Shown here: positions 1 through 10,101 of the stretch, piece by piece
Layout of the letters: every line of letters begins with the position of its first letter
How positions within the stretch are numbered: the first letter of the stretch is position 1
Origin: an uncultured Gammaproteobacteria bacterium
GTDB lineage: Bacteria; Patescibacteriota; Patescibacteriia; Patescibacteriales; UBA12465
DNA length: 64,000 nt
Assembly (NCBI GenBank): GCA_964355275.1
Contig: CAYHCB010000005.1
Location: forward strand, 4,325-68,324
Reading direction: 5' to 3'
Program-made: the position numbers and the translations under genes
Notes under the pieces: generated by a model
Told to the model about the DNA's origin: nothing
The model's database searches: none
The model's input: the letters and a program-made list of their open reading frames with translations, nothing else

Positions 1-1007
1 CATATTTTTAATTTAGAATTAAAAAATAATTCTTTTTTTGTTAGCAATCCATTTTGTGCCCCCAAATAGGCAATTTTATGAGCTGCATTCTTGCTAGCTA
101 AATAAGCCGCTTTAGCGATGTCACCGGAGCACAATAATAAACCAGCCGCAAAAGTAGAATTATAAACATCGCCAATACCGGTCGTATCTAAATGTTTCTT
201 TTCTTTAATTACTTTTTGATGATAAAAATTAACACCATCATAAAAATTAGCACCATCTGCCCCGTCTGTAATAACTACTATTTCTGGACCGTATGATTTT
301 ATAATCTTTAATAAATTTTTTATATCACTGAAAAAAAGATTGGGCTTCTTGGTGTTAGCTAAATCACTTAAAGCTAAAGCTAAAGCTTCTTCATGATTTA
401 ACATCAAACAATAAGTTCTTTTAAGAAAGGGGGCTAAAGTTTTGATGCCACTATTGTATTGTTTAGAACCGGGATTCCAAAAAATTTTCTTATGACGGGT
501 AGCAAAAATTTGGCGTAAACATTTAAGCCAATTACCGGTTAGCGAGGAAATATAAATATTTTCTGTTTTATTGAGTTCTTCAATTCGTTTAGCATCTAAG
601 GCTAGAAAGTCATTAACACCACGAGTTGTAAAAATAATTCTTTCTCCTTTAGTAATTAAAATAAATGATGACCCGGAATCAGCCCGATCATTAACATAAG
701 CTAAAGAAGAAATTACTCCATGATCTTTAATATTTTTTATAATCGCCCGACCATTCTCATCGTTACCAGTTTCTACTAGGGCAGCAGTTTTAAAACCTAA
801 GCCGGCTAAGTTAACAGCGGCATTAGAAGCGCCACCACCAAACAAATTAATAAACTTGTCTATTCTAAGCTTAGCGCCATATTCAAAGGCTAATAATTTT
901 CTGTGAAGATTAAAAGTATCGCTCTTGTCATTTATTAAAATTCCCTCATCAGTAAAAAAAGCGATATCACGAGTTGTTCCACCAATAGTTATAAAATCAT
1001 ATTTCAT
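1..1007 (-). CDS. PfkB-family carbohydrate kinase (ribokinase-like); C-terminus at or just beyond the window edge
   Basis: Reverse-strand translation from the ATG at 1007 gives MKYDFITIGGTTRDIA..., the typical PfkB N-terminal GG motif. Further in are ...GGGASNAAV... and a ...DTTGIGD... anion-hole-like motif. This ORF is not in the supplied track; it has no in-frame stop before position 1 and its last two bases at the window edge (TG-) cannot be read as a codon. Confidence 0.7.
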   Translation of the reverse strand, partial: MKYDFITIGGTTRDIAFFTDEGILINDKSDTFNLHRKLLAFEYGAKLRIDKFINLFGGGASNAAVNLAGLGFKTAALVETGNDENGRAIIKNIKDHGVISSLAYVNDRADSGSSFILITKGERIIFTTRGVNDFLALDAKRIEELNKTENIYISSLTGNWLKCLRQIFATRHKKIFWNPGSKQYNSGIKTLAPFLKRTYCLMLNHEEALALALSDLANTKKPNLFFSDIKNLLKIIKSYGPEIVVITDGADGANFYDGVNFYHQKVIKEKKHLDTTGIGDVYNSTFAAGLLLCSGDIAKAAYLASKNAAHKIAYLGAQNGLLTKKELFFNSKLKI

Positions 1008-1029
1008 ATGCCTGTATATTAACATAATT

Positions 1030-1575
1030 TTACTTCTTTTCCAAAAAGAAGGGCTTTAATCTTTTAGATAAAGAATTAGCCAAATTAAAAAATAATAACA
1101 TAAAACCAGCGCTCCAAATCATTTGCCAAATAAGCTGAGTCCAAAAACGAGACTGCAGTAAGAAAAAACTAAAATCATTTTGTCCACTCTGCCAAATTGC
1201 TAATATTGAGTAGAGTAAAATATTATAAATAAAAACACTAGTTACCGATAAAACAAGGAAAGAATACAGAGAGCGATTAGTTAACCAATTACTTAACATG
1301 AAATCGATAATAAAAATGGTAATCAAAAAAACTAAAATATTTAAACCAAATAAATTAAAACTTAAAATATCTAACCAGAAACCCATAAGAATTGCTAAAA
1401 TAATGGTGGTTTCTAATTTAAAAAATATCAGACTAAAAAGTAAGGAAATTATTACTAAATTTATGGCAAAATAAATTGGTGGCAAAGAAGAAATAAAAGT
1501 TGCTTGAATAATTGCTATTACAGAAAAAACTAAAAAACAAATAAACCACTCTAAATATTTTTTAAAATGTGACAT
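1030..1575 (-). CDS. mreD: Rod shape-determining protein MreD (polytopic membrane protein)
   Basis: A 181-aa, strongly hydrophobic multi-TM protein that sits directly after mreB and mreC on the same strand with 2-3 nt gaps. The call rests on position in the operon. Confidence 0.55.
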   Translation of the reverse strand: MSHFKKYLEWFICFLVFSVIAIIQATFISSLPPIYFAINLVIISLLFSLIFFKLETTIILAILMGFWLDILSFNLFGLNILVFLITIFIIDFMLSNWLTNRSLYSFLVLSVTSVFIYNILLYSILAIWQSGQNDFSFFLLQSRFWTQLIWQMIWSAGFMLLFFNLANSLSKRLKPFFLEKK

Positions 1576-1577
1576 AT

Positions 1578-2390
1578 TTAAGGTGTTAAAATGGTAACAA
1601 TAGTTAAGGTGTTTAAATTGAATAAAGGTTCGATGTTTACATCCTGCCAGATTTCATTACTGCGATTATTAATCTGACTAACTTTACCAATAACTAATCC
1701 CCGAGAAATATTGCCACCTAAACCAGAAGTAATAACAGTATCGCCAATATTTATTTTTTCCGACTGCGGAATAAAATTCATTTTTATAGTTAAACCTAAA
1801 TCTCCTTCAGTGATCCCCATGGTTCTATCTTGGCTTTGAATAGTAGCAGCAAACTTACAACTACGATTAGTGGTTAAACAAATTTTAGATAAATTATCAC
1901 GGACCTCGGAAATCTTTCCGATAATAACACCATTTTCATCAATCACTCCTAAACCTTCTTTAATACCATCTTTAGAGCCCCTATCAATTACGATATCTTG
2001 ATCACCTTCTTTAATATCAAAAACTAAATTTTGTGAAATTACATTAGCTAGAATATTTTTATACTTATTAGCTGACAAAAAAGAAAGCTGTTCCCTTAAC
2101 TTAATATTATCTTGTTCAAGTTCTTTAAATTTAGCATTATCAACTGTTAATCTAACAACCTCTTGCTCTAAAATAGCGGCATGAGAAAAAATATCTTTTT
2201 GCTTTTGACTATCTTCATAAGAATTACTAATTCCCGATCCAGCGCCATAAAAAAAACCAGCCATCGGTTTAACCACCGAAACGGCTAAGTTTTCTAAGGG
2301 GGATAACACTTTAGTAAAATGTAAAACTACAATTAAAATAAAGATAAATCCCCACATCCAATTTTTATTTTTTTTACTATAAAAAGCCAT
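1578..2390 (-). CDS. mreC: Rod shape-determining protein MreC
   Basis: N-terminal TM helix, a coiled-coil segment (LREQLSFLSANKYK), and a C-terminal beta domain with GDTVITSGLGGNISRGLVIGKV, typical of MreC. It lies between mreB and mreD. Confidence 0.8.
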   Translation of the reverse strand: MAFYSKKNKNWMWGFIFILIVVLHFTKVLSPLENLAVSVVKPMAGFFYGAGSGISNSYEDSQKQKDIFSHAAILEQEVVRLTVDNAKFKELEQDNIKLREQLSFLSANKYKNILANVISQNLVFDIKEGDQDIVIDRGSKDGIKEGLGVIDENGVIIGKISEVRDNLSKICLTTNRSCKFAATIQSQDRTMGITEGDLGLTIKMNFIPQSEKINIGDTVITSGLGGNISRGLVIGKVSQINNRSNEIWQDVNIEPLFNLNTLTIVTILTP

Positions 2391-2404
2391 AGGGCTAATT
2401 TTAA

Positions 2405-3448
2405 TTATTTACCACTAGAGCTTGGCAGCACCACTTTTTCTAGTAACTCCTTATTACCAAGTAAATATCCAGTTCCCCGCACCACGCAGGTTAAAGGGTC
2501 TTCGGCAATCTTAACAGGAATTTTAGCAGCGAGAGAAATTGCTCGATCTAATCCCTGGAGTAAAGCTCCACCGCCAGATAAAAATATGCCTCGCTCATAA
2601 ATATCAGAAACTAATTCTGGTGGTGTTGTTTCTAAAATAGTTTTAATATTGTCTACAATTTTAACAATTGTGCGCGAAATAGCTTCACGAATTTGAATAT
2701 CATTTACCATAATTGCTTTAGGCAAACCAGTAATTAAATCACGACCACGGACTTCCATTTCTTTCGGTTCATCCAGTGGCATAGCCGATCCAATTTTTAC
2801 TTTAATACTTTCAGCAATTTGTTCACCAATTAAAATATTAAACTCTTCACGAATATATTCAATAATATTATTATCAAATTCATTACCAGCTAAACGAAGT
2901 GACTTCCAAGTTACGACACCACCTAAAGAAATAACAGCTATTTCCGTAGTACCGCCACCGATATCTACAACCATAGTAGCGGTTGCCTCAGTAACTGGTA
3001 AATGAGCACCGATAGCAGCGGCCATCGCCTCTTCAATTAAATAAACTTTACGAGCTCCCGCCGAACGAGCAGCGTCTTCCACCGCTTTTCTTTCCACCTC
3101 AGTTAAATCTAGAGGAATCCCAATTACTACTCTCGGTCGAGGAATTAAAGCAAAGTTTTCATTATGAACTTTCGTAATAAAATATTTTAACATTTTTTCT
3201 GTCACTTCAAAATCAGAAATAACGCCATCAACTAATGGTTTTATCGCTTCAATATGGCCGGGAGTCTTACCAACCATTCGGTTAGCTGCCTCACCAACTT
3301 CTAAAATCTCGTTAGTTCTTTTATTAATAGCTACGACTGATGGTTCGTTAATAACGACTCCTTTATCAGTCACGTAAACTAGAGTATTTTTAGTGCCAAG
3401 GTCAATGCCTAAGTCATGGCTGAATCTTCCTAAAAGTTTGGCAAACAT
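2405..3448 (-). CDS. mreB: Actin-like rod shape-determining protein MreB
   Basis: DLGIDLGTKNTLVYV phosphate-1 motif, DIGGGTTEIAVISLGG phosphate-2 motif, 347 aa. Confidence 0.95.
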   Translation of the reverse strand: MFAKLLGRFSHDLGIDLGTKNTLVYVTDKGVVINEPSVVAINKRTNEILEVGEAANRMVGKTPGHIEAIKPLVDGVISDFEVTEKMLKYFITKVHNENFALIPRPRVVIGIPLDLTEVERKAVEDAARSAGARKVYLIEEAMAAAIGAHLPVTEATATMVVDIGGGTTEIAVISLGGVVTWKSLRLAGNEFDNNIIEYIREEFNILIGEQIAESIKVKIGSAMPLDEPKEMEVRGRDLITGLPKAIMVNDIQIREAISRTIVKIVDNIKTILETTPPELVSDIYERGIFLSGGGALLQGLDRAISLAAKIPVKIAEDPLTCVVRGTGYLLGNKELLEKVVLPSSSGK

Positions 3449-3464
3449 ATAGTAGTAAAATTAG

Positions 3465-4892
3465 TTAATAACTTTTGGCAAAATACCAATCATGCTTAGC
3501 TTCACCACCGGTAATAAAACATTTTTTATTTTTTGGAGCTTGTCCTTCATTGGCAGTAGGCAGAACTCGAGAAACCATTTGATATTTCTCTTTAAGAATT
3601 TTTTCGCTTTCTGGATCTTCACTCCAACTGGCTTCAAACCAGCCTTGTCTATCATCAATTTCATCCATATTTTCAATCCGATAAATATGATTTTTGGTAA
3701 ATTCTAAAGCTTGATCATATAAATTTTTGTGAATACTTATCATTAATTTTTCTAGAAAATTAGATAACTCACATAAAGAAGCACCAGTTTTTTCTAAGGT
3801 ATCACGGCGGTAAACAGAAACCAAACCCTCTTCAACTTCTTTTGGACCAATTTCTAAACGAACTGGCACACCGCGAACCTCCCAATGATTAAATTTAAAA
3901 CCAGGAGTTAGACCATCTCGCTCGTCAATTTTAATGCGATAAATTTTAGCTAAATCTTTTTTGATACTTTCACAATAAGCTAGAACTTTAGCCTTAGTTT
4001 CATCATCTTTATAAATAGGAACAATAATTATTTGAATTGGAGCAACATTAGGTGGTAAGCGTAAACCATTATCATCACCATGCCCCATAATTAAAGCTCC
4101 AACCGCGCGCCATGCAAATCCCCAACTATTTTGGTGACCATAATGCATTTCACCATCAGCGCCTAAATATTTTACATTAAAAACTTTAGCAAAATTAGTA
4201 CCTAAATAATGACTAGTACCACCTTGGATAGCTTTGCCGTCCTTAGACATAACTTCAGCTGTTTTAGTCATTACCGCTCCAGCAAATTTTTCACTCTCTG
4301 ACTTACGACCAGTAAAAGATGGTAGGGCCATAAACTCATAAGTATCAGCATAGAATCCTAAAATCTTATCAACTTCTAATCTGGCCTCTTCTTCGCTGGC
4401 AAAAACAGTATGACCTTCTTGCCATAAAAATTCACTCCAACGTAAAAAAGCACGTGGACGTTTCTCCCAACGAACAACATTGGCCCACTGATTTAAACGT
4501 AATGGTAAATCTTTATAACTTTGAATCCAGCGAGCATAAGTTTTATACATTGCTGCTTCACTAGTTGGACGAATTGCCAATTTATTAACTAACTCTTCCC
4601 CACCAGCATGAGTCACAACTGCTAGTTCTGGCGCAAAGCCTTCGATGTGATCCTTTTCAGCCATTAAATTTTCCATTGGTACAAAAATTGGAAAATAAAC
4701 ATTCTCTACGCCATCATCTTCTAACAGGCGACTAAGTTCTGCTTTTATTAATTCCCAAATCTTTAAACCATAAGGCCTGACAATACCACAACCACGGACC
4801 TCAGAATTATCGGCTAATTCCGCTTCTTTAATAACATCCTGATACCACTCAGGAAAATTTTCGCTTTGTTTAGTTATATTATTTTTAGCCAT
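3465..4892 (-). CDS. proS: Proline--tRNA ligase, archaeal/eukaryotic type
   Basis: A 475-aa class II aaRS with no bacterial-type editing insertion. The C-terminal extension ends in a conserved terminal Tyr (...HDWYFAKSY), and the core contains motif-2/3-like segments. Confidence 0.9.
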   Translation of the reverse strand: MAKNNITKQSENFPEWYQDVIKEAELADNSEVRGCGIVRPYGLKIWELIKAELSRLLEDDGVENVYFPIFVPMENLMAEKDHIEGFAPELAVVTHAGGEELVNKLAIRPTSEAAMYKTYARWIQSYKDLPLRLNQWANVVRWEKRPRAFLRWSEFLWQEGHTVFASEEEARLEVDKILGFYADTYEFMALPSFTGRKSESEKFAGAVMTKTAEVMSKDGKAIQGGTSHYLGTNFAKVFNVKYLGADGEMHYGHQNSWGFAWRAVGALIMGHGDDNGLRLPPNVAPIQIIIVPIYKDDETKAKVLAYCESIKKDLAKIYRIKIDERDGLTPGFKFNHWEVRGVPVRLEIGPKEVEEGLVSVYRRDTLEKTGASLCELSNFLEKLMISIHKNLYDQALEFTKNHIYRIENMDEIDDRQGWFEASWSEDPESEKILKEKYQMVSRVLPTANEGQAPKNKKCFITGGEAKHDWYFAKSY

Positions 4893-5006
4893 ATATTTTT
4901 TGTGTATTTTAGTCTATTTTAACGTATAAAAACGACAAAGTCAAAGAAAAAATTTAAAATAAAAATGACTAATTGCTTGATTATTATTAGTCTTTTTAAC
5001 TTTATT

Positions 5007-5585
5007 TTATCGTCCTAATTGTTTTAAAGCGGCTTTAACCCGACCACCACTGCTGGTAATTGCTGGTTCTACTTGATTTAAAGCTTCTCTGGCCTCACCG
5101 ACTGAATAACCTAAGGATATAAGAGCATCTAATTCATCACTAGTGCCACTATAAGTATTGCCAATTGAAATATTGCTACCAGAAATACGGGCAACCTTAC
5201 TTTTAAGTTCTAAAACTAAACGTTCCGCAGTTTTTTTACCGATACCAGAAACTTTAGTCAGCAAATTAGCATCTCCACGAATAATTGCTTCGATAATGTC
5301 AGTTGGAGTAGCCAGCGATATGACTGCTAAAGCTGATTTTGGACCAACACCAGAAACAGATAATAATAATTCAAATAATTCTAATTCTTCTAAACTGTTA
5401 AAACCATAGAGATCGCTAACATCTTCACGCACCCGATGATGAGTGTAAATTTCCGAAATATCACCCAGTTTAAGGTTAGCTGAAAAATTTTCACCAACAA
5501 AAATTTGATAACCGATACCATTTGTTTCTAAAATAATATAATTATTATTTTTAGTAATTATTTTTCCTTTAAGATAAGCTATCAT
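5007..5585 (-). CDS. ruvA: Holliday junction DNA helicase subunit RuvA
   Basis: MIAYLKGKI...GIGYQIFV N-terminal OB domain, HhH motifs (LLSVSGVGPKSALAVIS; VSGIGKKTAERLVLELK), and a C-terminal domain III. Confidence 0.9.
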   Translation of the reverse strand: MIAYLKGKIITKNNNYIILETNGIGYQIFVGENFSANLKLGDISEIYTHHRVREDVSDLYGFNSLEELELFELLLSVSGVGPKSALAVISLATPTDIIEAIIRGDANLLTKVSGIGKKTAERLVLELKSKVARISGSNISIGNTYSGTSDELDALISLGYSVGEAREALNQVEPAITSSGGRVKAALKQLGR

Positions 5586-6856
5586 ATATTTTTTCTTCTT
5601 AAAACACTTAAAACCGGAATTTCTTTATTTACAATAATTAAAGCCGTACGACTGCCACCACCACCGTGAACTTCACTTAATTGCTCACCCGTTTTAGCAT
5701 CAAATATTTTTGAGGGGCTTATTTTTATTATATCATATCTAGAACCAATAATTTCTACGACATCACCAACTTTAAGGGTATTATGAACCTGAAAATAAAG
5801 AGTATGCTCATTAGCTTTTAACTTTGGTTTAAAAAAGTTAGTTTCAGATTTAATTACCTGACCACAAAATTCCCAATCACTTTGAGAATTAGCGCTAGTT
5901 AAATTTTGTTCCGCTTTAGTGCCTAGTAAAAAACCAGAAGTATACCCCCTGTGTACTAATTTTTCTACCAGTTCATTTTTTAAATATTTTAATTCTTTTT
6001 TCCATTCTAGCGCACTGGGTTTTTTAGCTAAAAAAGTTAAAGCTCTAGCATAAATTCCGGAAACTACCGCTTGATAATAAACGCTTTTAGCGCGACCTTC
6101 AATCTTTAAAGAAACCACGCCAGCTGAGATTAACTCTGGTAAATATTCCAGCAAACAAAGATCTTTAGAGTTAAGTAAATAAGTGCCATGTTCCTCGCTA
6201 ACTAAATCAAATTCTTCTTCGTGATTACGAGCTTTAATACTATACTCCCAACGGCACGGTTGAGCGCAATCACCTAAATTACCACTACGATCCACTAATT
6301 CTTTAGACAAAAAACAGCGACCCGAATAAGCCATACACATTGCTCCGTGTACAAAATACTCTAGCTCCATTTTGGGAACAGCTTTATGAATTTCTTTAAT
6401 CTCTTTTAAAGTCACTTCTCGGCCTAAAACAATTCGCGTTACCCCATTTTTATACCAAAATTTAGTCGCCGCCGCATTAGTGCAATTAGCTTGTGTAGAT
6501 AAATGAATTTCTGCTTGCGGCCAATGCTCTTTTACAATAGCCATTATTCCTGGATCAGAAATAATTAAAGCATCTGGCTTCATTACTTTTATCTTCTTAA
6601 CATAATCTGGTAATTTAACTAAATGTTTATTGTGCGCAAAAATATTTAAAGTAACATAAACTTTTTTATTAGCTAAATGAGCCTCTTTAATTGCTAAAGC
6701 CACAGTCTTTAAATCGAAATCATTAATACGCACTCGTAGCGAAAAATCTGGAATACCTAAATACACCGCATCAGCTCCCGCCGAAAAGGCTGTTCTCATT
6801 TTTAAAATATTGCCAGCTGGCGCCAATAGTTCTATTTTTTTCATAAAATTAGCCAT
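5582..6856 (-). CDS. Peptidase U32 family protein (collagenase-like/YhbU-like)
   Basis: N-terminus IELLAPAGN...AGADAVYLG is typical of U32. Conserved Cys-containing motifs are present (GAMCMAYSGRC, GDCAQPCR). Length 424 aa. Confidence 0.85.
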   Translation of the reverse strand: MANFMKKIELLAPAGNILKMRTAFSAGADAVYLGIPDFSLRVRINDFDLKTVALAIKEAHLANKKVYVTLNIFAHNKHLVKLPDYVKKIKVMKPDALIISDPGIMAIVKEHWPQAEIHLSTQANCTNAAATKFWYKNGVTRIVLGREVTLKEIKEIHKAVPKMELEYFVHGAMCMAYSGRCFLSKELVDRSGNLGDCAQPCRWEYSIKARNHEEEFDLVSEEHGTYLLNSKDLCLLEYLPELISAGVVSLKIEGRAKSVYYQAVVSGIYARALTFLAKKPSALEWKKELKYLKNELVEKLVHRGYTSGFLLGTKAEQNLTSANSQSDWEFCGQVIKSETNFFKPKLKANEHTLYFQVHNTLKVGDVVEIIGSRYDIIKISPSKIFDAKTGEQLSEVHGGGGSRTALIIVNKEIPVLSVLRRKNI

Positions 6857-7098
6857 TTTATTTAATCAAAATAAGTATAGCGTAAAATTTGATTTAAATA
6901 AATATTGACAGAACAAAACATAATGAGTAATCTGGTAATAATAAAACTACTTTAAAAAATATTTTATCTTAGCCGAAAATAGCTTAATAACGTCATTAGG
7001 CTCTTGTCGGCTATGGCAAAATCACGATGATTCGCCCAGTATTAACTCACAACAAATTCTTACCAAGAGAACTAAGTTGCTAAAATGGAGGAGTAAAC

Positions 7099-7671
7099 AT
7101 GTCAAGAATTTATTCAATCGAAGCGATGAACCAGTTGGCGGACGCTCTCGAACAAGCAGGTTTTTCCGGCGAAGACCTAGCTAAATTAAAACAGTTTAAA
7201 AATTTATCAGGTCTTAAAAATGCTATCAATGGTTTAGCTGAAATTGTCGACCGAGAAAACATCATTGATTTCAATCTTAAACCATTTACGCCCAGAGGTT
7301 GGGTGGTCGATGAACACTTACAGTTTGGTAAATGGCCATTTGATATAAATACCGTAAGCCTTTACCGGGATGAAAAGCAAAAAAACGAAAGCCTTATTGG
7401 TGGGCACGACCTACGAATTAATCTTGTTGGCCGCTTACTCCTTAACGCCAACGTACTCGATTTCTTAATCGATCATCCTAACCTTATTCCCGAACCCTGG
7501 AAAGAGTTTTATGTATTTTTCTGGGGAACTCTTTATCGCAATCAGCGAAACGAACTACAGGTAAGAGGTCTTGTTTGGGACGGCAGAAGCTGGAATTGGC
7601 TGACTCGCTGTCTTGATGAAAAGTTTAGAACTGACCAACCTGCCCTTATTATTAAAAGTCAAAAAAAATAG
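7099..7671 (+). CDS. Hypothetical protein; no recognisable domain; part of a GC-elevated insert
   Basis: A 190-aa ORF preceded by a GGAGG Shine-Dalgarno 7 nt upstream and followed by a strong intrinsic terminator. A hand count of 7099-7198 gives about 42 % GC, against about 35 % in a proS sample. Confidence 0.5.
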   Translation: MSRIYSIEAMNQLADALEQAGFSGEDLAKLKQFKNLSGLKNAINGLAEIVDRENIIDFNLKPFTPRGWVVDEHLQFGKWPFDINTVSLYRDEKQKNESLIGGHDLRINLVGRLLLNANVLDFLIDHPNLIPEPWKEFYVFFWGTLYRNQRNELQVRGLVWDGRSWNWLTRCLDEKFRTDQPALIIKSQKK

Positions 7672-7697
7672 ATCTTAATAATTGTTTCTGTTTTTAT

Positions 7698-7734
7698 AAC
7701 CTTAATTAGCGTAAAGCTGATTAAGGTTTTTTTA
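7698..7734 (+). terminator. Rho-independent terminator of the 7099-7671 gene
   Basis: A 13-bp stem (aaccttaattagc / gctgattaaggtt, one G-U pair), a 5-nt loop and then TTTTTTT. Confidence 0.8.
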
Positions 7735-7744
7735 TTAAAAATTA

Positions 7745-7768
7745 AGCTCCACTTTATTAGCGGAGCTC
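7745..7768 (-). terminator. Probable intrinsic terminator for the minus-strand gene 7787-8236
   Basis: agctcc / ggagct 6-bp stem with a 12-nt loop, followed on the minus strand by a T-rich run. Weaker than the plus-strand neighbour. Confidence 0.45.
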
Positions 7769-7786
7769 ATCGGGAGAGAACAATTA

Positions 7787-8236
7787 TTATTCAGTTGTTG
7801 GTGCCGGAGGAATCTGACTACCGACAATATGCGACAATCTAATTAACTTAAGAGATACCTCCTCCCAAGTGCCGGTAAACCCAAAGATGGTTTCCTCTTT
7901 CTGGGTTTTTTCCAGATATTTAGGAAGATCTTTATTAAAAGTAGTTTTGGCAATTACGGCACGATTCCCCAGAAAAAATTCAACACTTAGCAAGGCGTAC
8001 TGGCCGGACGTAAAAGGCTCAATATCCAAATGAAGAGTAAAAATATTTTCGGGGTCTTCATTTTCGCAATCCAGAACTAAACCGTCTTCGCTATCATAGC
8101 GCAGGTCTTCGTTGCTGGTAAATCCGACTGAAAAAATTGGCAAACTTCTTAAAAATTTTGACCAAGCCTCCAGGTCGCTTAATGAAAATTTATTTACTTT
8201 AGCGACTGCCTTGATTAACTTTGCAGATGGTTTCAT
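7787..8236 (-). CDS. Hypothetical acidic protein; no recognisable domain; part of a GC-elevated insert
   Basis: A 149-aa ORF, convergent with 7099-7671 and with elevated GC. No motif I recognise. Confidence 0.45.
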   Translation of the reverse strand: MKPSAKLIKAVAKVNKFSLSDLEAWSKFLRSLPIFSVGFTSNEDLRYDSEDGLVLDCENEDPENIFTLHLDIEPFTSGQYALLSVEFFLGNRAVIAKTTFNKDLPKYLEKTQKEETIFGFTGTWEEVSLKLIRLSHIVGSQIPPAPTTE

Positions 8237-8371
8237 GGGTACGGGGGTTTAGATTGTTTATACTAAAGGACGATTAAATTATGTTTTTATTTTTTTAGTA
8301 AAAAGATAATTGGTAATTTTTTATACCACGCATAAAAAAAATTGTCAATACTTATTACTTTTAAATTAATC

Positions 8372-8399
8372 ACAAAAAAGCTGCCCCAGAGGGGCAGCT
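8372..8399 (-). terminator. Rho-independent terminator downstream of htpX
   Basis: A 9-bp GC-rich stem (agctgcccc / ggggcagct) with a 3-nt loop. On the minus strand it is followed by TTTTTGTG. Confidence 0.8.
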
Positions 8400-8422
8400 T
8401 GTATTTATTTAGCAAATAATTA

Positions 8423-9325
8423 CTATCTTATCTCACTATCTCTTAACCTTTTAATTCTCTCTTCAATTGGTGGATGAGTCATAAAAGCCTTAGCTAACCA
8501 AGAGGCTTTTTTATTTTCATTACCTTTAAGCGGTGAAATAATATACATATGGGCCGTCGCTCGATTAGCCACTTCCAGTTCATCGGGGTCAGCACTAATT
8601 TTCTCCAGTGCCCTAGCTAATCCCTCTGGATAGCGAGTAAGTAAGGCGCCACTAGCATCAGCTAAAAATTCTCTTTTTCGAGAAACTGCCATTTGTAATA
8701 GTTGCGCTGATATAGGTGCTAAAATTGATAATAAAATTATTATAATTAAACCTATACCCCCGCCGCCATTTTCATTATTACCGCGACGCCCAAAAAAAGC
8801 GGAACGCGATGACCAGTCAACAATTAAAATTATAGTCCCCACTAAGACAGTCGCAATAGTAGAAATTAAAATATCCCGATTACCAATATGAGATAATTCG
8901 TGAGCAATAACGCCCTCGAGTTCAGCTTTATCTAACTTAGCTAAAATACCAGAAGTAAGCGCAATAGCGGCGTGTTCTGGATCGCGTCCAGTAGCAAAAG
9001 CATTAGGAGCACTGTCTTCAATAATATAAATTTTAGGAAAAGGTAGACCAGCAGTAATACATAAATTCTCTACTAAATGATAAATTTCTCTACCATTATC
9101 ATGGTCCACTAATTTGGCTCCAGACATAGATAGCACAATTTTATCGCTCCACCAATAACTTACAAAACTAGAAACAATACTAAATAAAACAGCTAATACT
9201 AAAATTCCAGGATTATTAAAATACCAAGAAACAATATAGCCAATTATCATGACTAGGATGAAAAACCCGGTCATTAGAAACCAGGTTTTTCTTTTGTTGA
9301 GTGCACTATCATTATATAAAGTCAT
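8423..9325 (-). CDS. htpX: Zinc metalloprotease HtpX (M48 family)
   Basis: HELSHIGNRD HEXXH motif, four TM segments, a Gly-rich linker and the typical HtpX C-terminus. Confidence 0.9.
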   Translation of the reverse strand: MTLYNDSALNKRKTWFLMTGFFILVMIIGYIVSWYFNNPGILVLAVLFSIVSSFVSYWWSDKIVLSMSGAKLVDHDNGREIYHLVENLCITAGLPFPKIYIIEDSAPNAFATGRDPEHAAIALTSGILAKLDKAELEGVIAHELSHIGNRDILISTIATVLVGTIILIVDWSSRSAFFGRRGNNENGGGGIGLIIIILLSILAPISAQLLQMAVSRKREFLADASGALLTRYPEGLARALEKISADPDELEVANRATAHMYIISPLKGNENKKASWLAKAFMTHPPIEERIKRLRDSEIR

Positions 9326-9328
9326 AAC

Positions 9329-10078
9329 TTACTGTTGATCCTTTTTAAATCCCCCAGCAAAAGCTTTAAGTATTTCAACTGGAGTCACAAATACGACAGT
9401 ATTAGATTGGTCGCTAGATATATCATTAATTGACTGCAAAGTGCGTAAATGCAAAGCGCCGTCAGAGGCTGCCAGTATTTTAGCGGCTTTAGCAATATTT
9501 TCTGCGGCAGCAACCTCACCTTCAGAGTTAATAATAACGGCTCTCTTTTCACGTTCGGCTTCCGCTTGTTTAGCGATAGTTCGTTCCATTGATTCAGGAA
9601 GAGAGACATCTTTAAGCTCTACATTATTAACTTTAATACCCCACTCATCAGTTTCTTTATCAACAATTTCTTTAATCCGTTCGGCAATTTTATCACGTTG
9701 GCCTAAAAGCTCATCCAAAGATACCTCGCCAACAATATTTCTCATAGTAGTTTGAGCATATTGAGAAACCGCATAATAAAAATTTTCAACTTCAATCACC
9801 GCTTTAGCGGCATCAGATACTTTATAATAAATAACAGCATTAACAGTAACTGAAACATTGTCACGAGTAATCGCTTTTTGATCAGGAACATCTACAGCTT
9901 TAATACGAATATCAACTTTTTTAAAAGTCTGAAAAACTGGAACAAGTAACCGCCAACCTGGTTCCATGATATAAGAATAACGACCCATGGTAAAAACGAC
10001 ACCACGCTCCCATTGATTTACCTGCTTTAAACAAACTAAGACTAAGAAAACAATAACTCCAATAATTGTCCAAAACAT
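9329..10078 (-). CDS. SPFH/band-7 (stomatin/prohibitin-like) membrane protein
   Basis: An N-terminal TM helix, then a band-7 core (ERGVVFTMGRY... VDVPDQKAITRDNVSVTVNAVIYYKV) and a C-terminal coiled coil with the AEAEREKRA signature. Confidence 0.85.
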   Translation of the reverse strand: MFWTIIGVIVFLVLVCLKQVNQWERGVVFTMGRYSYIMEPGWRLLVPVFQTFKKVDIRIKAVDVPDQKAITRDNVSVTVNAVIYYKVSDAAKAVIEVENFYYAVSQYAQTTMRNIVGEVSLDELLGQRDKIAERIKEIVDKETDEWGIKVNNVELKDVSLPESMERTIAKQAEAEREKRAVIINSEGEVAAAENIAKAAKILAASDGALHLRTLQSINDISSDQSNTVVFVTPVEILKAFAGGFKKDQQ

Positions 10079-10101
10079 AAATTATAAAATTATTTTATAA
10101 A

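Noticed and set aside
3461-3707. Two 71-aa ORFs (3461-3676 minus, 3492-3707 plus) from the six-frame track
   Set aside because: They lie entirely within the well-supported proS CDS and are low-complexity and Lys/Phe-rich, as expected from alternative frames of AT-rich coding DNA.
5158-5409. 83-aa plus-strand ORF
   Set aside because: Antisense to ruvA; no start context or motif; spurious.
9385-9755. 74-aa minus-strand and 104-aa plus-strand ORFs
   Set aside because: They overlap the SPFH-domain gene in other frames, have no RBS, and the plus-strand ORF is Ser/Ala/Leu-rich, typical of an antisense artefact.
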